Positions 57,538-64,000 of a stretch of 64,000 nucleotides of DNA are shown one piece after another. The stretch comes from a virus. The translations under genes were made by a program, and so were the position numbers. The notes below the pieces were generated by a model that worked only from the letters and a program-made list of their open reading frames with translations, had not been told where the DNA came from and did no database searches. The number at the start of each line of letters is the position of its first letter. Positions within the stretch are counted from its first letter, which is position 1. The stretch is from the IMG/VR virus record IMGVR_UViG_3300005573_001011, positions 1-64,000 of that record; one strand, written 5' to 3'.

Positions 57538-60500
57538 ATGAGAATCACTTGGACGGCGTTTTTGCACCCTTTTACTGCTATGGGTGTAATTGCTGTAAAC
57601 GTGGTTAGAGAACTTTCTAAGCTTGGTATAGACGTAGGAATAAATGTTTTAAACCCTTCTGAGTACTCTCCAACAGATTATCCAACCGAGATCCAAAAAG
57701 CGGTAGAAAAAGGCTATAGAGAAGATTCTATTAACATCTTCTTTTCTTACCCAGACATCTATGGCAACGTTAGATGCAGAGTTAACGTTGGATTTACGGG
57801 TGCAGACTCTACAGAATGGTATCAAACAGGAGCTGACAAGCCTCCAGCACAGATCTGTAACGAACTAATGGATTACATGTTAACTCCATCTGAGTACAGT
57901 AAACGAATAATGCAAAACTGTGGTGTAGCTGTTCCAATAATAGTTTTCCCACATGGTGTAGATACTGATATATTTAAACCAGCAAATAAAACTTCGTCTG
58001 GGTTTAGATTTCTTTACATTGGTGAGTTATCTAGAAGAAAAGGAACGTTCGACTTAATTTCATGTTTCGATAAATTTAGCTTCGTTTATCCAGAAGCTAC
58101 TCTTGTGCTTAGGGCTAATACTCATATGAAGTATTACGATGGCCAAGAGATAGAACGACAATGCCAGCAAAATAAGCAGATTACAGTAGTATACGAGAAC
58201 AGAGGCCAAGAAGACATTGCTAAATATATGCAGAATTCTGATGTTCTTGTCCATCCAACTAGAGCAGATTGGTTTGGAATGCCTCCACTTGAAGCTTTAG
58301 CTTGCGGTATTCCAGTTATTGCTACAGCTTCTAACGGATACTACGAATTCCTAAAAGACTTTATAGTTCCAGTTAATTTTAGTTTACGAGAAGTTGGAAA
58401 CGAGCACCCTTACTTAAAAGGTAAGTGGAATGTTATAGATAGAGAAGATTTACTTGCGAAAATGGTTTTTGCGTACAATAATATAGAAAAGTTGACACAA
58501 AAGAGCAGGGAAGTATCTGAACGAATTAGAGAAGAATTTAGTTGGAAGAAAGTAGTAGAGAAGTACTTAGTACCATTTTTAGAAGAAGTTCACGAAAAGC
58601 ATTTTAAGCGAGAATTAGTAAAAGTAGCGAAACAAGACAACTACAGAATTACAGTTGGGATCCCGACTAAAGACCGTCTTCTAGAACTCTCACTTCTCCT
58701 CATGTCTCTGCTAAACCAAACTTATAAAGATTTCGAAGTAATTATTGTTAACGACTGGTTCGGAAACATCTATGGCAATACTACTCTAAATTCGATTATT
58801 AGAATGCTCAACGAAAATGGCAATACTGTTACGATTATCGAAGGTGAGAGAAGGGGCCCCCATATCGCTGGACAGAAGATTTTAGATAATGCTAAAACTG
58901 AGCTAATCTTAAGACTTGACGACGATGTAGTTCTGCAGCCAAACTTTATAGAAGAGCTAGTTAACGCATACAAGGAACTAACAAGTAAAGGAAAGAATGT
59001 TGCTGCTATTGGACCGATTTATCTTAATCCACATGAAGAGCTCCGCAAACAAGTCTTGCCTCAAAACATGACAAAGGAAGAGATGGAAAACTACGGAAAA
59101 GTCGTATGGGATGGAAGAAACTTATTTTTAACTGGGTGGATACAGATTAACATGCATCCTCGCAACGAACTAGTTAAAGTAGAGCACTTAAACTCTGGCT
59201 TCATGTATAGAAAGAGTGTTGGCAAACAGATCGGAGGGTTGAGAAAAGACTTGTCAATAGTCGGTCATAGGGAAGAAAGTGATTTCTCTTGGAGAATGCA
59301 TAAAGCTGGCTACGAACTGTTCGTTTGCCCAACTGCTATCGCTTATCATTTTCATCCGATGATCGGTGGAATAAGAGAGACAATGGGCAAAGCAATTGAG
59401 AAAGAGAACTGGGATAGAGACGAAACCCTCTTCTTGCAAACTATAGCAGGTGAACTTGGGGCTAAAGATCAGGTTGCGGTTGTGGTTCTCACTCATGGAT
59501 CTGACCACATGAATTTGCGGATGCTCCTTGGAGATATACTTAAATTTACTAGTCACTCTCACGAACTTATTGTTGTCAACAATGACTCAACGCCAGAATC
59601 TCATAGTGACATAGTACGTATAGAACAAGACGTAAAGTCTAGAATTACGAACTCGAAATTCTTTAATTTGCAGAAAGAAGTGTCGGTAAGCGAAGCTAGA
59701 AATTTCGGTGCAAAACAAAGAAGTGAGAAAAGCAAGTACATTTGCTTTATAGATGACGATGCCAGAATTCTTGGAAGATTTAGCCAAGAAGAAGATTGGC
59801 TAGACTTTTTGTGCAGAAAATTCAACGAACAACCCGATATAGCAGCAGTAGCACCAATTTACACGTGGTTCGACGACTTGAAATGCGACTGCGTTTCGGT
59901 GGCTTGCATGCTTACTTCAGTAAAAGTCTGGGAAGTTGTAGGAGGATTCGATCCAGTCTTCGGGAACTTGAAAAAGGGGACATGGGGATATGAAGACGTA
60001 GACTGGAGTTATAGGGCACAGATACTTGGTTACAAACTAAAGTCAGTAGAGACGAACGCTTTTCCTTTTTACCATGGTGACACCACATTTAAACCTAAGT
60101 CTGAGTTAATCCAAGCTGGACTAATTAAAGCTCGAGAACTGTTGCTAGCTAAATGGTCAAAACATGATACTGAGAAATTCTGCAGGACAACTTATCCTCT
60201 TACTCGAGAGCAGTTAGAACTTAGAGGAACGAAACTGAACTTAGGGTGCTACTTTATGCATTTGGATAACTTTATAAATGTAGACGTAAATCCAGACTGC
60301 GGTGCGGATCTTGTCCTCGATATAAGAGACTTAAAGAAGAACTTCCAGCCAAATTCAGTGTCTCTTGTTTTAGCATCTCACGTTATAGAGCACTTCACTA
60401 AAGAAGAGGCTAAACAAATTCTACGCGACATTTACGACATCTTGCTACCTGGAGGTTTCTTAATTGTAGAAGTTCCAAACTGTAAAAACTTAGATGAACG

Positions 60501-60705
60501 ATTAGCTAAAGGAGAGATTGACAAGTGGACGTATGACATTTTCAAGGACGGATGCCCAAAGGGAGTAGCCCAGAAACATAAGGCTATGTACGAAGAAGAC
60601 AGTTTGCGTGAACTTTTACAGAGTTGTGGTTTTACGAACTTAGTTAGAAATCCAATCGTTAGTAATAAAGAATCTGACTGTTTAAGAATAGATGCAAGAA
60701 AATAA
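57538..60705 (+). CDS. Multidomain glycosyltransferase: GT4 + GT2 + GT2 + SAM methyltransferase-like
   Basis: RKG...DWFGMPPLEALACG; GIPTKDR...RLDDD...EESD; FIDDD...YEDVD; LNLGC...NVD...SHVIEH. Confidence 0.9.
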   Translation: MRITWTAFLHPFTAMGVIAVNVVRELSKLGIDVGINVLNPSEYSPTDYPTEIQKAVEKGYREDSINIFFSYPDIYGNVRCRVNVGFTGADSTEWYQTGADKPPAQICNELMDYMLTPSEYSKRIMQNCGVAVPIIVFPHGVDTDIFKPANKTSSGFRFLYIGELSRRKGTFDLISCFDKFSFVYPEATLVLRANTHMKYYDGQEIERQCQQNKQITVVYENRGQEDIAKYMQNSDVLVHPTRADWFGMPPLEALACGIPVIATASNGYYEFLKDFIVPVNFSLREVGNEHPYLKGKWNVIDREDLLAKMVFAYNNIEKLTQKSREVSERIREEFSWKKVVEKYLVPFLEEVHEKHFKRELVKVAKQDNYRITVGIPTKDRLLELSLLLMSLLNQTYKDFEVIIVNDWFGNIYGNTTLNSIIRMLNENGNTVTIIEGERRGPHIAGQKILDNAKTELILRLDDDVVLQPNFIEELVNAYKELTSKGKNVAAIGPIYLNPHEELRKQVLPQNMTKEEMENYGKVVWDGRNLFLTGWIQINMHPRNELVKVEHLNSGFMYRKSVGKQIGGLRKDLSIVGHREESDFSWRMHKAGYELFVCPTAIAYHFHPMIGGIRETMGKAIEKENWDRDETLFLQTIAGELGAKDQVAVVVLTHGSDHMNLRMLLGDILKFTSHSHELIVVNNDSTPESHSDIVRIEQDVKSRITNSKFFNLQKEVSVSEARNFGAKQRSEKSKYICFIDDDARILGRFSQEEDWLDFLCRKFNEQPDIAAVAPIYTWFDDLKCDCVSVACMLTSVKVWEVVGGFDPVFGNLKKGTWGYEDVDWSYRAQILGYKLKSVETNAFPFYHGDTTFKPKSELIQAGLIKARELLLAKWSKHDTEKFCRTTYPLTREQLELRGTKLNLGCYFMHLDNFINVDVNPDCGADLVLDIRDLKKNFQPNSVSLVLASHVIEHFTKEEAKQILRDIYDILLPGGFLIVEVPNCKNLDERLAKGEIDKWTYDIFKDGCPKGVAQKHKAMYEEDSLRELLQSCGFTNLVRNPIVSNKESDCLRIDARK

Positions 60706-60850
60706 GGAATAATTTTAGTTGGTGAAGAGGCCTTAGTGATTAACAGACAAGATTTATGGACTATGAGAACTTATGCAGGAGACTGTTAAACCAAAGAAAG
60801 CGCAGTGGTGCGATTAGAAGAAGACCTGGGTCAAGGGAGGCATTAGACAA

Positions 60851-61633
60851 ATGAAAATTCCAGGAGTTTTGGTGGTTATTCCATTTAAGGGTAGAATCGA
60901 CTTGTTGCAGGAAACGATAAAGAGTCTTACAGATATCTACGTTTCTGGGATGTGGTGGTCTCTAATACTTTGGGATGACGGAAGTACGGATGAAGAACTC
61001 AATACTTTGTGGAACTTAGCAAAGAGATTCTTAATAGTGAAACATGAAAACGTTGGCTACACGAACTCAGTGTATAATATAGTAGAACTAGCCAAAAGAG
61101 ATGCGTCTTTCGACTTCTTATTACTCTGTAATAGCGATGTCAAGCTTCACTTAAATACAATGTATTCATTATTAAATCGAGCTTTAAAGAACCCTAATGT
61201 AGCGGTAGTTGGCTGTAAAGTTCTTCACTATGGCAAAGACATTATCCAGCACACCGGAACAAGACTAGTAGATGGAGCAGTTACTGATCCTTACGTTGGT
61301 TTGCACAAGGACGACCCAAGCACTAAGTTTGTCGAAAGAAGGTTGTGGGTAAACGGATGTTGTGCTCTATACAGTCTAGATATTCTTAGAAAAGAAAACT
61401 TAAATTTCAGCCTAGAATTTGCTCCGGCTTACTTTGAAGAAGCAGACTTAATGACACAGCTAAACCTAATGGGTTACTCGGTTCTTTACGAACCAAAAGC
61501 CATTGTAGAACATTTCGTTGGTGGAACAATGCATTTGCAAAAAGACAAGTTCGAGCCAGTGTTTTGGCAAAATTGGGAGAAGTACCAGAAAAAGTGGAAA
61601 AAATACTTTAATAGTAAGCAACTTCAATTTTAG
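60851..61633 (+). CDS. GT2-family glycosyltransferase
   Basis: VVIP, DDGS, NVGY, NSD, YFEEAD. Confidence 0.9.
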   Translation: MKIPGVLVVIPFKGRIDLLQETIKSLTDIYVSGMWWSLILWDDGSTDEELNTLWNLAKRFLIVKHENVGYTNSVYNIVELAKRDASFDFLLLCNSDVKLHLNTMYSLLNRALKNPNVAVVGCKVLHYGKDIIQHTGTRLVDGAVTDPYVGLHKDDPSTKFVERRLWVNGCCALYSLDILRKENLNFSLEFAPAYFEEADLMTQLNLMGYSVLYEPKAIVEHFVGGTMHLQKDKFEPVFWQNWEKYQKKWKKYFNSKQLQF

Positions 61634-61642
61634 GAGACAAGA

Positions 61643-62707
61643 ATGCTGAGAGTAGCTTTCTATTCGAATAGAGTAAGATTCGACGGAGATTTCTTAGAAA
61701 AACGTGGTTTGGGAGGGTCTGAGAGTGCTCTTATAAACTTGACTACAGTATGGAAGCAAACGTTTCCAGAAGATTGTATCGTGGTATACAATTCACTTGA
61801 AAGAGAGACAAAAGAATTTAGTGGAGTTACTTACAAGAGTGTGCTAGACTTTAAGAGCGAGTGCAAAACATTCGATATAGATGTCTTCATAACTCTCAGA
61901 GACACTGAACCACTTTTCGAACCTTTTATTGACACAAAGTTGCTACTTTTTTGGAGTCAGGACGATAGTAACGAAGCTGGAATTAAGACGATAGCAACAA
62001 ACAAGTATTTGCAGGAGCGTTTGGACACGATCTTAGTAGTTAGTAACCATTCGTATAACGACATTAAACGTATTATTCCTACAACTCCCTTAGTTTTACT
62101 GAGAAATGGGTATAGGGAAGACTGGGCTGACGATAGCAACATGCGCAGAGATCCAATAGCTGCTTATAATTCCACACCGTTTCGTGGCTTAAGCATTTTA
62201 GCGGAAGTATGGTCAGAAATTTATTGGAAGTGCATGCAGTTAGGAGTTAACCCAGAACTCAGGGTTTTTACTGGCATGTCGCTTTATCAGCTTCCAGATA
62301 GGCCTCAAGAAGAGCAGATCTATAACACTCTTAAGCAATTGCCGAAAGTCACGTTTTGTGGTGCAATACCTCAGCGAAATCTTTACGAAGAACTGAAAAA
62401 AGTTAAAGTATTGCTTTACCCAAATACTTTTCTAGAAACAAGCTGTATGGCAGTGTTAGAAGCTTTAGCAAATGGAGTATGGGTTGTAACAAGTAATTTT
62501 GGTGCTTTGCCAGAGCAAGTCGTAGATAAACGAAATGGTTTCTTAATTAGTGGTGACCCTAACTCAAGTGAGTATAAAAAAGAGTTCGTAGAAAAAGCAG
62601 TATACAGTCTTGTGCATAAACTCGAACCAGATAGTGTTGGATTAATCTTTAGCTGGCAAGAACAAGTCTGTTTTCTTCGAGACTACATATGCAAAATGCT
62701 TTCTTAG
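61643..62707 (+). CDS. GT4-family glycosyltransferase
   Basis: GLGGSE, PFRGL, ETSCMAVLEA, GALPE. Confidence 0.9.
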   Translation: MLRVAFYSNRVRFDGDFLEKRGLGGSESALINLTTVWKQTFPEDCIVVYNSLERETKEFSGVTYKSVLDFKSECKTFDIDVFITLRDTEPLFEPFIDTKLLLFWSQDDSNEAGIKTIATNKYLQERLDTILVVSNHSYNDIKRIIPTTPLVLLRNGYREDWADDSNMRRDPIAAYNSTPFRGLSILAEVWSEIYWKCMQLGVNPELRVFTGMSLYQLPDRPQEEQIYNTLKQLPKVTFCGAIPQRNLYEELKKVKVLLYPNTFLETSCMAVLEALANGVWVVTSNFGALPEQVVDKRNGFLISGDPNSSEYKKEFVEKAVYSLVHKLEPDSVGLIFSWQEQVCFLRDYICKMLS

Positions 62708-62719
62708 AAAAAACTTGCA

Positions 62720-62960
62720 AGCTATATATATTTATTATTGAAAAAATAAAGAAAGGAGGCAGTAAAAATGAACGTGGTAATTGAATACATAACTGGTGTT
62801 AGTAGGAGATTTAGTAATGTCGTAAGAATGCTCAGTCTACCTGGGCAGGTTATCATCGAGACGAGTGATGGTAGAAAATTCACGATCGACTCTAACAATG
62901 TGTTGTGGGTTCGTCGTGGGTAGAGACAAGAGAGAGAAGCTAAAGAAGCTTCTCTTTTTT
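62720..62960 (+). repeat. Right arm of ~240-bp inverted repeat
   Basis: Contains CTATATATATTT, AAGGAGG, the gene and the hairpin agagaagct-aaaga-agcttctct-ttttt. Confidence 0.9.
62768..62923 (+). CDS. Small 51-aa protein, copy 2
   Basis: MNVVIEYITGVSRRFSNVVRMLSLPGQVIIETSDGRKFTIDSNNVLWVRRG. Confidence 0.8.
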   Translation: MNVVIEYITGVSRRFSNVVRMLSLPGQVIIETSDGRKFTIDSNNVLWVRRG

Positions 62961-62997
62961 TATCTTTTTTAAGAAAGAACGGGAGGAGACAGTATAA

Positions 62998-64000
62998 ATG
63001 AGTGAAACGAAAGAGCAATTTGGCGAAAAAATTGACGTTTCTATTACTATTGACGAAGTAATGGGTAGAGCTAGGCCGTCAGAAGACAAGGCTTTCGTAA
63101 TTATTCAAGATGGCGGTGTTGGTGACGCTATCTGTGCTACACCAATGATTGAGTCTGCTAGAAAAACTTACCCAAACAAGAAGATTATTGTTGGTTCTTC
63201 ACATCACGAAATCTTAATTGGCAACCCGAATATTGACGTACTGTATAATTTAGCGTTTCCAGGAGACTTGTTTGAGAAGTGGGTCAAACCACTTAGGCAC
63301 TTTGGGTCAGTCATAAAGAGAGATATCTATAACGAATGTGCTCACAAGTTATTTCCAGGACGATTAAGTAAAGTATGGTGCTGGTTGTATAACGTTCCCT
63401 ATCCCGGGGATAACATTAGAGTTTATCTGTCAGACCAAGAAGATGCAGAAGCTAAGTATTTCTTAAAGTCATTTCCTAAACCCGTTATTATTATTCATCC
63501 ATTTGGAGCTAGACTAACGTTTAATCCTGAAGTTCAGATAACTGAAAATAAAGATTGGTTTGTAGACCGCTGGACTGAGTTAGTTAAAGTACTGAGCAAA
63601 GACTTCGACATAATACAAGTTGGGGGTCAAAAAGAGCAGCAAATACCAGGTGTTTCTTGCTATCTTTTGGGGTCGACTTCTTTAAGACAGACAGCTGCTC
63701 TACTGAAAAACTGCTTAACTTTCGTTTCTATAGATAGCTTTGTGGGTCACTGTGGTCCAGCTGTTGGTAAGAGGGGAGTTGTACTATTTGGAAGAAGCAA
63801 TCCTTGGATCGCTGGTCATGAAGTAAACGAAAACGTATTTGTACCCAACTCGTGTGAGTTTAATGACCTCTTTTGTGGTCGTCCGCAAGGCTACTTTGGG
63901 GACTCAGAATTATATAAAGGGTCACTGAGACCATGGGCGTGCCCGCACCGTAGTTGTATGAGAGCAATTACGACAAATCTCGTTCTCAAACACTTATATA
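62998..64000 (+). CDS. GT9-family glycosyltransferase (runs off window end)
   Basis: Hand-translated start MSETKEQ...GGVGDAICATP; later NKDW, IQVGG, SIDSFVGH, VVLFG. Confidence 0.85.
   Translation, partial: MSETKEQFGEKIDVSITIDEVMGRARPSEDKAFVIIQDGGVGDAICATPMIESARKTYPNKKIIVGSSHHEILIGNPNIDVLYNLAFPGDLFEKWVKPLRHFGSVIKRDIYNECAHKLFPGRLSKVWCWLYNVPYPGDNIRVYLSDQEDAEAKYFLKSFPKPVIIIHPFGARLTFNPEVQITENKDWFVDRWTELVKVLSKDFDIIQVGGQKEQQIPGVSCYLLGSTSLRQTAALLKNCLTFVSIDSFVGHCGPAVGKRGVVLFGRSNPWIAGHEVNENVFVPNSCEFNDLFCGRPQGYFGDSELYKGSLRPWACPHRSCMRAITTNLVLKHLY

Noticed and set aside
60756-60854. 32-aa ORF overlapping the GT2 start (ATGA)
   Set aside because: No clear RBS and too short to support.
1-64000. Genome-wide stop-codon reassignment
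   Set aside because: Standard code gives dense full-length genes, and TAG, TGA and TAA all terminate conserved proteins at expected ends.

Overview
This 64-kb window is part of a large, AT-rich, T4-like tailed bacteriophage genome. It has a head module (portal 37292-39187, prohead protease 41277-41942, major capsid protein 42750-44198), a PAAR spike tip and a tail-fibre/adhesin module that includes a ~620-aa Gly-X-Ser collagen-like fibre. Replication and repair genes include a family-4 UDG fused to a family-B DNA polymerase, a DnaB-like helicase, an AEP prim-pol, an ATP-dependent ligase, ThyX and a NUDIX hydrolase. It also encodes a 7-deazaguanine DNA modification set (atypical QueC, QueE, TGT/DpdA-like), host-like genes (bS21, GroES, an actin-family ATPase) and about 11 glycosyltransferase genes. 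The most unusual items are: (1) a transglutaminase-like / PanC-like adenylyltransferase / CxCxxxCY-repeat three-gene unit after the fibre genes; (2) a probable virion glycosylation system; (3) ~240-bp inverted promoter-gene-terminator cassettes flanking a three-gene glycosyltransferase block, with the same promoter module reused elsewhere; (4) two recurrent upstream motifs, CTATATATATTT and GAACAAA; (5) iteron-like repeats beside a Rep-like gene. All product calls come from reading motifs by eye. No database searches were run. I saw no tRNA, rRNA or CRISPR array.
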